A DNA stretch of 64,000 bases, taken from Octopus vulgaris. Its lineage: Eukaryota. The DNA is taken from NCBI GenBank assembly GCA_951406725.2, contig OX597817.1:147126001-147190000 (forward strand), written 5' to 3'. A program made the position numbers and the translations under genes. Positions 25,960 to 39,857 of this stretch are shown one piece after another (the stretch's first letter is position 1; each line of letters opens with the position of its first letter). Under the pieces are notes generated by a model, which had not been told where the DNA came from, ran no database searches, and was given only the letters and a program-made list of their open reading frames with translations.

Positions 25960-26285
25960 GTCGGTTATATTGACTCCAGTAGTCTCAACAGGTATTTTAT
26001 TATGACAAACCCAAAAGGATGAAATGCAAAACCGGTCTCGGCAGGATTTTAACACAGAACGTAAAGGACCGCAAATACTGGAAGTTCTTTTAACAAAGGA
26101 AAATAATCAGCTCTACTATAGGGACAAGGCCCAATATTCAAGGGTTAGTCGATTACAAGAACCTCAGTACTTATTCTATCGACCCTGAAAGGATGAAATG
26201 CGATGTCGAATTCGGCGGAATTTGAACCTAATATGTAAAAACGGGCGAAATGCGCGTTAACGATTCCGCCAGCTCGCCGCCTTCA
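25960..26285 (-). mobile_element. Older diverged family B-related SINE fragments
   Basis: AAGGATGAAATGC..., CGGCGGAATTTGAAC, CGATTCCGCCAGCTCGCCGCCTT. Confidence 0.7.
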
Positions 26286-26996
26286 ACAAAGGGCAATAAT
26301 GAAAAGGACAATAAATCATTGCATGGATCGAATCCACATTCCTTTGGTTAACATCTGCTACATTAGCAACGTTAACTGAAGTCCTTCTATCTGTCTCTCT
26401 GTCTGTTTATCAGCTTATATGCATGTACGTCTGTGAGTGTGTACGAGAATGAATCGGTGTGTAGCCACGTAGCCGTGTATATTAAATTGTATTTAAACGA
26501 CACAGCGGCTTATTTGTTATTTTTGCAATTATTTTATGAGGATCAGCTCTGTCAAACATGGATATGACGCGGTAACGGAAGCGTGATCCCCGGATAAGAA
26601 TAAGAAACAGAGTTATGATTTCTGAATTTGTATTCACAATATTTACGAGACCTGCTTCCTTTCCAATCAGCGAAGCCTCCTCTCTCTGTCTCTCCTCTCT
26701 CTCCGTCGTTATTTCTCTCTCTTTCTATTGCATAGTGTATACCTTAGAGAGAAGCTTCCTCCGGAAACAGTGTTGTGATAATGCTTGCGAGAAAATTACG
26801 ACAGGAATCAACGAACCTTTTTATGGCGAATCTTATCAACATTCATTCTTCTCTAGGCTGTTGAACTTTGATTTTATGGTCAGCAATCTGTGTTCGCTTG
26901 GGAGATCAGTGTGAAATATATTGCTGACATCGATGGTTTTGAGTGGGTGTATGAGTAGGTGTATATATTACGTGTTTGTGTGTATGCGTTTGTGAG

Positions 26997-27093
<97 letters not shown>

Positions 27094-27495
27094 GTATGTA
27101 TGTATATATATATATTTATATATATATATATATGTATATATGTATATATGTATATATGTATATATGAATAGAGGTTGATATAGAAATAACTAGAGAAACA
27201 GGCTGACAGATCAATAAAGAGAAAGAAAGATCGATACACAAAGAGAGGGGGAAGAAATGTGTGCCTTTCCAAATGAATGTGTGAGCTCACGCGTGTGTTT
27301 TGTAAATCTATATTTGCTACCATGTGTGTGTGTAATGTTTGCAAAACGAACTGTATGTATGTGTAGCCATGTGTATTTGCGTGTGTGTGTCTCAGTACGT
27401 TGGCGTGGTTTTCTCCAATTATATCCATGTTTCCAACATCGTGATAATGGCGGCCACTGCGTTTCTGTAAAGGACTCTCTCTCCCTCATTTGCTC

Positions 27496-27592
<97 letters not shown>

Positions 27593-28189
27593 ATGAATTC
27601 ATTTCAAACATGATTCAAGTGTATATAAAACGAACTTGCGTTTACTTGAGCGCCTATATACTGATATATAAACGTGTCCGTATGAGTGAGTATACACTCG
27701 TTTGTATAGCGAAATATGTGAATGAATGTGTAATGTGCACAAATAAAGTTTATTTGAGGTACGTTTTCTCTACAAGTGGAGTTTACTTGCGGAGTGTTCG
27801 TTAACAACAGGAGTTTATTTGGCGAGATTACGTGCACAAACAGAGATTCATACTTATATGTAGAGGTTATATCTACTAGGTCGATTTAATGTAGAGATAT
27901 AAGCACAATGGTGTTTAATTACAGGCGTGTGTCCCTCTATATTAATGGAAGTCAGTGGGTTTATGAAGAAGAATGTCTACACGTAGAAGAAAATGTGTTT
28001 CCTTCTGTATGAATTCATATTTACGGAAACACGCAGCTACATATCACCACACGCACTCGTGTATATACGCATGTATACACACACATATACGAGGTGAGAA
28101 AGCTTGGGAATATACAATAAAGAATGCAACTCACAAATCACTCAAACAAAACAGCTAACAACGCTTTTACACGCTGCTGCACACATATA

Positions 28190-28295
28190 AATATGTATAT
28201 ATGTATTTATATATGTATGCATGTATGTATGTATGTATGTCTGTATGTATGTATGTATGTATGTATGTATGTATGTATGTATGTCTGTGTAATGA

Positions 28296-28335
<40 letters not shown>

Positions 28336-28346
28336 ATATATATATG

Positions 28347-28411
<65 letters not shown>

Positions 28412-28453
28412 ATGTATGTATATATATATATATATATTATCTCTCTCTCTCTC

Positions 28454-28498
<45 letters not shown>

Positions 28499-28564
28499 GT
28501 ATGTCTCTGTAGTATATGTATATATATATATGTGTATATATACATACATATATATATATGTATG

Positions 28565-28595
<31 letters not shown>

Positions 28596-28654
28596 GTATA
28601 TATATATACATATATATACATACACACATATATATATATATATAAACATATATA

Positions 28655-28703
<49 letters not shown>

Positions 28704-28723
28704 GTATTATCTCTCTCTCCATC

Positions 28724-28765
<42 letters not shown>

Positions 28766-28790
28766 TATAGAGAGAGAGAGGAATATATGT
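28190..28790. repeat. Compound (TATG)n/(TA)n microsatellite field
   Basis: Seen directly. Confidence 0.95.
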
Positions 28791-28970
28791 ATTTCCATAT
28801 GCACACATAGATACACAGTTATACACCTACTCACGCTGAAATGCATACAGCGAAGCATGAACAAATAACACACTTCATGCACATGTGTGTACATATATTT
28901 CAATCCTTGTGCACGTGCGCGTGTAATCATGTATTTATGCGTTTCTTGCATACTTGCTTTCGGTCTCGGA

Positions 28971-29006
<36 letters not shown>

Positions 29007-29908
29007 ATATTAACGTTTGTCTGCTTAGATATTTATGCACTGTTTGTGGTTATGTTTCCGTGTCCTTGTATGCAAATGCAACACACATGCACACACATCT
29101 ATAGATATATGTGTGTGCTTGTGTGTATGTGTGTGTATGTGAATGTCTGCTTGTATATATATGCGTGTGTGCATCGATGTATATATGTATATATGAATCT
29201 ATATATTCGCTTGTACATTAATCTGTCTGTATGTCTGTAACTGTTTATATACATACATTACTGTGTGTGTGTGTCTGTTCGATTGTATGTGGCTATCTGT
29301 GTGTATGTGTGCGATATATATGTCTACGGGTTTTTGAGTTATGGAAATTGTATTCAGAATTTCCAGTGAACACTGAAATTTAATATCTTGTACGAGATAA
29401 ATATATATGAATACATTTTATTTGGTGATGTTGCGTCGGAGTGGAGTAGGAGCTATTGCGAAAGAGAGGGGGAATGAGAGAGTAAGTAAGCACATGGGAG
29501 AATAAAGGGGTGAGAGAACGAAAGACAAAACACATGTAGTTGGAGAAGAAGAGGAAAGAAAGAGTGAGACAAAGATAGAGAGAGAGAGAGAGAAGAAGAA
29601 GAGAGGGATGAGAAGGAGGTGAATAGAGTGGGAAAGAGGAAAAGAGATATGTTTCAGTTCTAGAATACAATAGTGTGATATTCTGACTAAAATTTCCGGT
29701 AAATCGAAATAGAACAAGCATGGCGAACCAACAAAGACGTCTCTATGTGCCTGAAATGATCTCCTGAAAATTATATTCTCATCTCCCTCAAATCACACCT
29801 AAGAATACAAAGAATACATCGGGTAATGTTGTTGTCCTGGATTTCCTGCACGTAGAGAAAGTCGGGGAGGTCGCGGATGGAATACATTTGATCATAGGTC
29901 TTCTAGAA

Positions 29909-30185
29909 TAGTGTTTCTCAAACTATCTGATGTGGCGCACCGGTGGTTTCTTTTTTCCAGTGTGCCAGGGACCGGTAATATTTCTCAGTAACAGTAACTT
30001 ATACCAGAAACAATATATATAATGAATATAATAAAAGCTGACAATTATTTATCTTGAATTTATCTTGTAAACAAATAATACAATATTACATAAGCATTTT
30101 ATAAGCATTTTATAATGTGTCTTTCTTTTCTGGTAACTGGCCTCTCCCGGCACCGGTCTGCGGTCCACCGCTTCGAGTAGCACTG
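29909..30185. mobile_element. hAT (Charlie-type) MITE with perfect 8-bp TSD
   Basis: TTCTAGAA|TAGTGTTTCTCAA ... TCGAGTAGCACTG|TTCTAGAA. An 8-bp NTCTAGAN target is typical of Charlie-group hAT elements. Confidence 0.9.
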
Positions 30186-30980
30186 TTCTAGAAGACGGCT
30201 GACCTAGGTTTAAATAACACCAAGAATAACAACAACAATGACAATAATAACTGATTTTTATATAGATATTAGGGACAGAAAAACAATAATATATAATCAT
30301 AAAGGTGAGGTGTCCTGCTCAGGTGAGTATTTCTTTGAAACCAAGGTAAAATAGAACACGTAAACAGCTTCGGCATCTATCATTTCTCTGTCTAATTTAT
30401 GAATTTACATTTTTATTTTCCGTTATTGTTACACTTGGCTATGCGACTAAATATGTGAGCATGCACTTTACAAACACAATCTGTAAACGGTACAGTGAAA
30501 ATATGCGAGTCTTTTGTAAAATGCAACGCATGAAAGTTTACTGATGCTTTTAGGGAGATTCTAGATATGGAAGTTCGACTGTTTGTTAGATTCCAGCTCA
30601 TTCTTTATAGGACCCCCAAATTTTTGATAATCCGAAGAATTTTTAAAAGACAGATAACATGCAAGCCATTAATGAAAATATAAGCGTAAGTAAATATGTT
30701 AGAAATTTAACATGTAGTCTATACACAGACACGTTGAGATGTACAATATCTTCCTCTTACATACATTCGATATGTTAGAAATACCAGCAAGATATCTTTC
30801 CAATTCATTATCTATCGTCTCGAATAAGGAACACATATATTACATTACTAGAAAGCAAAAAAAAAAAAAAAAATGAAAGGTCAAGATTGCAATACTTTTG
30901 ACTCAAGGTTTGCTCACTCAGGGATGAGACCTTGGGTTAAACAAAAACAACAAAGATAAATTCAAGCTATTACCGAATTA

Positions 30981-31825
30981 TTAGGTTGTTCCGAAAATAG
31001 TGGCCGATTTCAGAAACATAGTTTTATTCTGGAAAAATTAACAATAGAAATGTTTTGATTAGTCAAAATATGAGCCGTGAACATCTATGCATTTCAGCCA
31101 TCGATCAACGAGATTATTTATGCCTCATTGATAAAAACTTATTGGCTTTGATACTTTAAAATCTTTGAAAGCTGATTCCACCTCTGGTTTGAATCTGAAA
31201 GTTTTAACACTTAAAAACGTGTTTAAATGCTTAAAAATGGTAGCCAATGGGTGAAAGATTAGAAGAATATGGAGGATGTGGTAAAGTCTCGTATCCTAAG
31301 TCTGTGAGTTTCTGCAGCGTCATTGATGCAACATGTGGCTTTGCGTTATCATAGAGCAGAATTGGACCACGCCGATTCACCAATGCAGGTCTCATTTTTT
31401 GCAAGTGAGCATGCATTTCAAGAGTTGATTGTACTAAACCTCTGCTGTAATGCTCTGATTGGCTTCCGGAAAGCTGTAATGGGCAACACCAATTGCAGAC
31501 CACCAGACAGTCACCATAATCTTTTGCTGATGCAACTTTGGCTTTGGGGAAATATTTGGGGGACTCATCACGATCAAGCCATTGATCTGGTCGTTTACGG
31601 TTATCATAAAAGATCTACTTTTCGTCAGAAGTGATTATTCGCAGAAAGAGCATCGAGCACACTTCAAAAAGCCGAACTTTTTTATTTTCATTGAGCTCAT
31701 CATGCAGTACCCATTTATCGAGCTTTTTCACCTTACCAATATTCTGCAGATTGCGTGAGACCGTTGCGATACCAATACCAAGTGTCTGAGTCATTTCTCT
31801 GAACATTGCAACAATTGCTTTCAAT
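30981..31825 (-). mobile_element. Partial duplicate of the mariner at 32177-33433
   Basis: Apparently identical sequence at offset 1196 (ORF 31231-31503 = ORF 32427-32699); only one TIR. Confidence 0.85.
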
Positions 31826-32029
31826 TAATGAAAATATAAGCGTTCAAGTAAATATGTTTCTGAAACCACCTTTAACATTGTAGTCTGTTGATGTTGACAG
31901 CAGACACGTTGCTTGAACTCATGAAGAAAAGTGTACAATATCTTCCTTATGTTCATACATTCGATATGTTAGAAATACTGTCAAGATATCTTTCCAATTC
32001 ATTATCTATCGTCTCGAATAAGGAACACA

Positions 32030-33805
32030 TATATTACATTACTAGAAAGCAAAAAAAAAAAAAAAAAAATGAAAGGTCAAGATTGCAATACTTTTGACTC
32101 AAGGTTTGCTCACTCAGGGATGAGACCTTGGGTTAAACAAAAACAACAAAGATAAATTCAAGCTATTACCGAATTATTAGGTTGTTCCGAAAATAGTGGC
32201 CGATTTCAGAAACATAGTTTTATTCTGGAAAAATTAACAATAGAAATGTTTTGATTAGTCAAAATATGAGCCGTGAACATCTATGCATTTCAGCCATCGA
32301 TCAACGAGATTATTTATGCCTCATTGATAAAAACTTATTGGCTTTGATACTTTAAAATCTTTGAAAGCTGATTCCACCTCTGGTTTGAATCTGAAAGTTT
32401 TAACACTTAAAAACGTGTTTAAATGCTTAAAAATGGTAGCCAATGGGTGAAAGATTAGAAGAATATGGAGGATGTGGTAAAGTCTCGTATCCTAAGTCTG
32501 TGAGTTTCTGCAGCGTCATTGATGCAACATGTGGCTTTGCGTTATCATAGAGCAGAATTGGACCACGCCGATTCACCAATGCAGGTCTCATTTTTTGCAA
32601 GTGAGCATGCATTTCAAGAGTTGATTGTACTAAACCTCTGCTGTAATGCTCTGATTGGCTTCCGGAAAGCTGTAATGGGCAACACCAATTGCAGACCACC
32701 AGACAGTCACCATAATCTTTTGCTGATGCAACTTTGGCTTTGGGGAAATATTTGGGGGACTCATCACGATCAAGCCATTGATCTGGTCGTTTACGGTTAT
32801 CATAAAAGATCTACTTTTCGTCAGAAGTGATTATTCGCAGAAAGAGCATCGAGCACACTTCAAAAAGCCGAACTTTTTTATTTTCATTGAGCTCATCATG
32901 CAGTACCCATTTATCGAGCTTTTTCACCTTACCAATATTCTGCAGATTGCGTGAGACCGTTGCGATACCAATACCAAGTGTCTGAGTCATTTCTCTGACA
33001 CTTTGATTGGGTTTTGTTCAACAATTGCTTTCAATTTTTCAATGTCAAAATTGTATGACCGTCCTTTACGTTCTTCAGCTTCAAGACTCTCATCCCAACT
33101 ACGGAATTTCTGAAACCACCTTCGTACTGTGCGATCACTTGTGGCCCCTCTACCCATGCTCTGTTGATGTTGACAGCAGTTTGGGAGGCATTGTGCTCAA
33201 GCTTGAACTCATGTAAGAAAAGTAAGCCAAGGTCCATTTTTTGTTATGTTCATAATTAAGGGCGCCTATGCTTCAAGAATTTTTTCTGTCTGAAATAAGT
33301 AGAAACTGATTAAAGGCCATACATTAATTGTTAAGTATGTCGAAATTCATCTAAAGTGTAATTAAAATACTATGATAAAATTGCGTTTCAAAACACAACA
33401 CGTAGAGCGGTCATTATTTTCAGAACAACCTAATAGCTGTGTCAGAACCAAAATTTCAGAAATTGACTTCAGAATCACGAGGCACAGAAGAATTTCAACA
33501 TCCAAATTTTTATACTCGAGTTTTATCAACACTTTGTAATTATAGATTAGTTGAGCAAGGAAAGCCAGTATCCTTGAAATATGTTCCAGATTTCCAAAAC
33601 TGATGGTTGAACATTACCGTTTACTGTAATTCTGAAGTTAATTTCTGAAATTTTGGTTTCTACCACAGCTAATTCAGTAATAGCTAGAATTGATCTTTTT
33701 CATTATTGTTTAACTCAAGGTCTCATCCTTGAGTGAGCAGACCTTGTATCAAAAGTATTGCAGCCTTGACTTTCCTTTTTGTTTTCTTGTAATTTAATAT
33801 AGGCA
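32030..33805. repeat. Older palindromic element interrupted by the mariner (left arm 32030-32176 plus 33436-33510; right arm about 33590-33805)
   Basis: Removing the mariner and one TA restores GAATTAGCTGTG, the reverse complement of CACAGCTAATTC at about 33664. Arm TGCTCACTCAGGGATGAGACCTTGGGTTAAAC matches GTTTAACTCAAGGTCTCATCCTTGAGTGAGCA. Confidence 0.8.
32177..33433 (-). mobile_element. Full-length (1257 bp) mariner with disrupted transposase (cecropia/Hsmar1-like)
   Basis: TA|TTAGGTTGTTCCGAAAATAG ... ATTATTTTCAGAACAACCTAA|TA. Minus-strand pieces LFLHEFKLEHNASQTAVNINRAW, KVKKLDKWVLH, ILLYDNAKPHV and PHPPYSSNLSPIGYHF lie in different frames. Confidence 0.95.
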
Positions 33806-34628
33806 TCCAAGGGCCTCATTGTAGTGTTCAATTAACCAAAGGGCTTCATCTACTAGCTCCGAGAGTCTTGTACCTAGATTCGGTCTTCCAAGTTCCATTC
33901 TCAACGTTTCTTAAATGAAAATAAATGTGAGTTGTAAAATATATTTTGATGAAAGATATTTCTATATTATATCTAACCGATTAAAATGATTCGCCTACAG
34001 CACAATATTAATGAAAGATACTTTGTCTCTTTAATTTTAATTTGACACTATTATCAAAATATTTTCGCCCGCTATATTTGTTTTGTTTAGACTCAATTTT
34101 ATTCGTTGTTAAACGCCAACAGAAAATGGTCGGATGGGGAATTGTTCACAATTAATCGATTCACTAAAGTGACGAATGATGGCAAATTTAAAATATTTGA
34201 GAGTGAGAAAATTTTAATGGTGTCGATACTTGGAAGACATTATATTAAATCTGACCAATTTTAGAGGTCTTTATCTTATAATTCCCGAGATAATTTTGGA
34301 AATAAAAGAGGAAGGAAACGATTTTTGTTTATAATTTTGAATGATTCATATGTTGGTGAAAAATTCTTTCGAAATAGAATTCCTCAACGCTACAAAGCGG
34401 TGGGTTGGCATAAACAGCGGAGCAATGGATTAAAAAAAAGTAACCTTACCAGATTTACTAATGCTAGTAATCATTTTAAATTTAAGGAATTAATAAAGTT
34501 GAGTTTGAAATCCATGTCTTCGACAATAAGGAAGTACGACATATATATTTGAGTCGCTATATTGACTGTATCCCGCTGCTTAGCAAAAGTTAGCCTGTTA
34601 TGTAAAACAACCATTTTCATTATATGTT

Positions 34629-34715
<87 letters not shown>

Positions 34716-34723
34716 TAAGCATA

Positions 34724-35138
34724 TAGGAGTGGCTGTGTAGTAAGTAGCTTGCTTACCAACCACATGGTCCCGGGTTCAGGCCACTGCGTTGCACCTTGGG
34801 CAAGTGTCTTCTACTATAGCTTCGGTCCGACCAAAGCCTTAAGAGTGGCTTTGGTAGAGGGAAACTGGAAGAAGCTCGTCGTATATGTATATATATGTGT
34901 ATGTATGTGTGCGTATATGTTTGTGTATCTGTTTGACCCCCCTCCCCCAATATCGCTTGACAACCGACATTGGTGTGTTTACGTCCCAGTAACTTAGCAG
35001 CTCGTTATAAGAGACCGATAGAATAAGTACTAGGATTACAAAGGATAAGTCCTGGGTTCGATTTGCTCGACTAAAGGCGGTACTCCACCATGGCCGCAGT
35101 CAAATAACTGAAACAAGTAAAAAAGTAAAAGAGAGAGA
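34724..35138 (+). mobile_element. Family A SINE
   Basis: Full head-core-tail match. Confidence 0.9.
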
Positions 35139-35139
35139 G

Positions 35140-35201
<62 letters not shown>

Positions 35202-35453
35202 TAGGAGAAGGTAAGCTCAATTGAAAAACCTGGTGTGTAGTTATCTCAACCTCTGTTGTACCATTGGTGTTATAACTGAATGCGTTGAAAAGTTCAATAC
35301 TGTGCAATATTTTATCCACCTAGAACAAATTCAGTAACGGGAACTTCTTGTATTCTCGGAACAGGAATAGGTGTGGCGTTCAATCATATAATAATGTAAT
35401 TAATATATATATATATGTGTGCGTGTGTGTGTGTGTGTATATATATATATGTG

Positions 35454-35506
<53 letters not shown>

Positions 35507-35539
35507 GTATATGTACATACTTACATATGTATGTATATA

Positions 35540-35830
35540 CATACAGGACGTTACAGAACGTAAACAACACGAAATATGAAACATACGAAATACGGAAAAA
35601 TGGAATACGAAAAATTATTTTGCGAACAATGAAAGAAACAAATGGAAAACAAGACAAGCAACATAAATAACGACTCTTCATCAGTTGGGCTGTTTTCTGC
35701 TCCATATTTCGAGCAATTCACGACAAGATACGCCTTCAACAAAACAGTTGATCCCGCAAAGCAAATTAAATTAAATTTGCGATTTTGCGGAGGATCAAAA
35801 TTGGTGACAAAAACATGACAGTGACTGTCT
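35540..35830 (-). mobile_element. (TA)n-associated module, family D
   Basis: High similarity to 41975-42300 (ACGAAATACG.AAAA.ATGGAATA...GCAACATAAA.AACGAC.CTTCATCAGTTGG...TTTCGAGCAATTCACGACAAGATACGCC). Confidence 0.7.
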
Positions 35831-36752
35831 GTCCCCTCTCTCCCTCACTCTCCCTTCTTTGCTCACTCCTTGCTCGCACGTGACCATCGGCCATCTTTCA
35901 TATCCTACTTGTGTATCTTTCCTTCTGATCAGCTGCAGGGATCAGACACATTCTTGTCTGTCTCCTGCCAAAGCTTGTTCCTCCACCGTTCGTCAGTTCA
36001 CCTCGTTTAGACTTAGAAAACGGCGAAAGATGGAGGGAGAGAAAGGGGAATTAGAGAAGGATGGAGGAAGAAAACAGTATAGAGTCGAGTCGCATTAAAA
36101 AGGTAAAGATACATTTATTTGGAAATAGATGCTTGGCGCATACATACACACATACATGTACCTATATGAGAATATGGAGAATATAAGAAACAAACAAACG
36201 TTCATATAATAAGTTATTCGTAAAAATTAAAAAAACTCAGAAATAATGCACAAACTTATTATTTGATGATGGTTTAAATATTGCTTGACAATCGGTCGAA
36301 GTTTTTAGTAAATTGATCAATTTTGGAGATTGTCATTAGAGACGATTTAAAAATTATGAAGTTTCATAAAGATTAAAAGAGCATCTTGAATGTCTAAATG
36401 CATAGTTGTGAAAACAGAAATAAATGAACCTATTAAAATAAATCAATACCCAAAAGCATAAAAGATAAATAAAAGAATAATTATGAAAATAAAAATATGA
36501 ATGAAAAATCAATATACAAAAATCAATATATAAAATTTAATGAATAAAAGTATATATATAAGAAAACTGTTCATAAAAGAAAATTTTGTAATAAATAAAA
36601 ATGTTAATCAATTGTAAAAACTATATAAAATATATAAAATATTACTGGATGTGTAATGTGTAGAATATGTAGAGGGTGTAGAAACTTTGTAGAATAAAAT
36701 GTTGTACTGTAGAGGCTCCCCACCACAAATAACGAATGAAACCAACCGGATT

Positions 36753-37158
36753 GCGCAGGAGTGGCTGTGTGGTGAGTAGCTTGCTTACCAACCACATGGC
36801 TCCGGGTTCAGTCCCACTGCGTGGCACCTTGGGCAAGTGTCTTCTACTATAGCCTCGGGCCGACCAAAGCCTTGTGAGTGGATTTGGTAGACGGAAACTG
36901 AAAGAAGCGCGTCGTATATAAGTATATATATGTATGTGTGTGTATGTTTGTGTGTCTGTATTTTTCCCCCTAGCATTGCTTGACAACCGATGCTGGTGTG
37001 TTTATATCCCTGTCACTTAGCGGTTCGGCAAAAGAGACCGATAGAATAAGTACTGGGCTTACAAAGAATAAGTCCCGGGGTCGATTTGCTCGAGTAAAGG
37101 CGGTGCTCCAGCATGGCCGCAGTCAAATGACTGAAACAAGTAAAAGAGTAGAAGAGTA
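36753..37158 (+). mobile_element. Family A SINE, young full-length copy
   Basis: GCGCAGGAGTGGCTGTGTGG...CCTTGGGCAAGTGTCTT...GACTGAAACAAGTAAAAGAG. Confidence 0.93.
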
Positions 37159-37281
37159 AACGTTGACGCGAACAGTTGTAAGGATGTATAAAGATAAAAT
37201 GCTAGAGCATCTGGGGCAGGATTTTGGGTATGTAACGTCTAATGTAGAATATTGGGTATTGCCTGTGGGTTTTATAAGGAA

Positions 37282-37794
37282 CTAGCAGTATCGCCCGGCG
37301 TTGCTCGGGTTTGTAAGGGAAATAACTATATAAGCATTTTTAGAGATTTACTTCCCTTATAGATGCCAATTCGGGCTTTCTTAGCCATTTCTGTTTTGGT
37401 GTCTTCAAGCCATGAAGTCGTTGTTCTAAAAGAACGCTGGTCTCCTTGACAACGCTTTACGACGTTGATTTCCTTACACTCCCTTCCCCACAGCTTCACG
37501 AGGGAGGAAAGAAGGGGGAGAAGCACACAGGTGCAGCTGTGACCATGGACGCCAACTCCGCCGCCATCGACACACGAAAAATTATGCATTAAAATGGAAT
37601 AAAAAATGATGTTAAATTATTTTTAAAATCGTAGACTCATCGTAGACGCGCGCTAATACTTAGACGGGCTCGATATGAATCACGACTATAAGATACCCGA
37701 ATTTGGTTAAACTGCACCGCAAAATGTGGGAGTAGTTAGGAATCTAAATCGAAGGGGAAAGACACTCACACAACTACAGTTTTATATATATAGA
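37282..37794 (-). mobile_element. Non-autonomous Helitron (513 bp)
   Basis: Minus strand starts A|TCTATATATATAAAAC and ends CCCGAGCAACGCCGGG (hairpin)-CGATACTGCTAG|T: 5'-TC, 3'-CTAG, A|T target, no TSD. Confidence 0.85.
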
Positions 37795-39092
37795 TGGTAC
37801 GGTTAAAGAAGACGAGTGATGTGTATCAAAATACACAGGGCACAGGATGCGGATGCTGTATTGTTGGCTCCACCGTCAATACACCGCGCGAAATCTCTAT
37901 ATCGTGAAGTGGCAATTCCAAAGTAAATATCAAAAATTTAACAAACGCTATTAGACATCAAAAGTCCAGATATATACCACAGAGAAGCTTTTAACATCAG
38001 CGTTCAATAATGCTACATAAGTTTGAATGCTACAAAGTTTTTCGCTCATAGTTTCTTCATTTAATCGAAAAAGTAAGGAACTATATTATGTCGTCATATC
38101 TAATTTCGTATAACATAACAACCGTAACGCTAGAAGCCCATCACATACCATTAACCGCATTTTTCCTAAATATCCTGCATTATCATTAAAAAGTATCTTT
38201 ACTACAGCGTGTTTCGAAAGAAGTTCAGATATATACCACAGAGAAGCTTTTAACATCAGCGCCAATAATAAACGTAGCCAAAAATACATAAGGTTAATCG
38301 TGAGCACTTTCAAAGTTCGAAACTATGTACACAGGCATTCCTTTAGAATCTTTAACAGAAGAACAGACAACAGATTGTCTATTTAGATGTGATGTCTCAA
38401 GTACTAACAGAGCACATAATACAATATGAAGCAGACTATCATAGATCACCCAAAAAATCATACGATTAGAATGGATGCTGCTACTAATGTACAAGCGAGA
38501 AGTTTTTCAAATGGATTCATCCTGATATCAGTCTTAACTTAAAATCTGATTTTTTGTTCGCACAAATCCAAGCACATTTAAAAATAACTCGCAACAATAT
38601 TTGCCAAAGCAGAGAACCTAAAACCAAGTGACAGCGACCACACCCATACATCTATATACCTAGAACCAACGACACAGTACATAAAGAAAATGGCTTCCAA
38701 TATTAAATGTTTACTACGCACAACGCACATCTTATAACTCGGACCTGATATTCTGGGCCTTTCGTTTCAATATATGCAGTCAGTGCATCATATACTATAT
38801 TAAAAGTTAGAAGCTCGATGACCTACCACAAACCTTCGTATACTTTATGCTTATATATTCCTATAGGACCAAACGGCAAATATTTTTTACCATCTTATAT
38901 GGTAAATTCGTTATGTGCGATGGGATCATTATAGTATAATACTTATATTAACTTTATGCATCCAATATTTTAATACATTTTGTAATTCATTTTCGATTTT
39001 GTTTATAAAATATTAAAATTTTTATCCGGTATTTCTTTTTCATACTACACACTATTATTTACATATATATTTTTCACAGATATATTTTTATC

Positions 39093-39132
<40 letters not shown>

Positions 39133-39263
39133 TACACACATATATATATATATATATATACATACATACATACACGTGCGAACGTGTGCACACATATAAC
39201 ATTTGTATATGTTTTCATAATTACATTTTCGTTTTATTTATTTTCTATTTCATAAATAAATAA

Positions 39264-39327
<64 letters not shown>

Positions 39328-39788
39328 GGACTGATAGATTCATTCACTTTATTTATATAATAACGTATTTATGCATTCAAAATGACATTTTAATCTTATG
39401 AAATTTCATTATTTTAAAAATAACAACGTTAAAAATTTATCGACGCAGTAAAAACATTTACTGGGAGTCAAGAGAATATTAAATAACTTCTAAATGTTCA
39501 TTCGCTACATTTTTGTTTTATTAAATTTTGCTTAATTTGTATATCTTACCTATATGTACATACATACATACACATATATATGCATATATTATATACATAT
39601 ATATAGACGTTTCTCTTTTTCTCTCTCTCACTATATATATATATAAATATGTATATATGTATATATATACATACATACACACACATATATATGCATATAT
39701 TATATACATATATATATATATATATAGACGTTTCTCTCTTTCTCTCTCTCACTATATATATATATATATATATAAATATATGTAAATA

Positions 39789-39857
<69 letters not shown>

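Noticed and set aside
30301-30330. Strong splice-donor-like CAG|GTGAGT
   Set aside because: No supporting acceptor or ORF; insufficient evidence for an exon.
37967-38261. 35-bp direct repeat CAGATATATACCACAGAGAAGCTTTTAACATCAGCG
   Set aside because: Only two copies; simple local duplication with no element structure.
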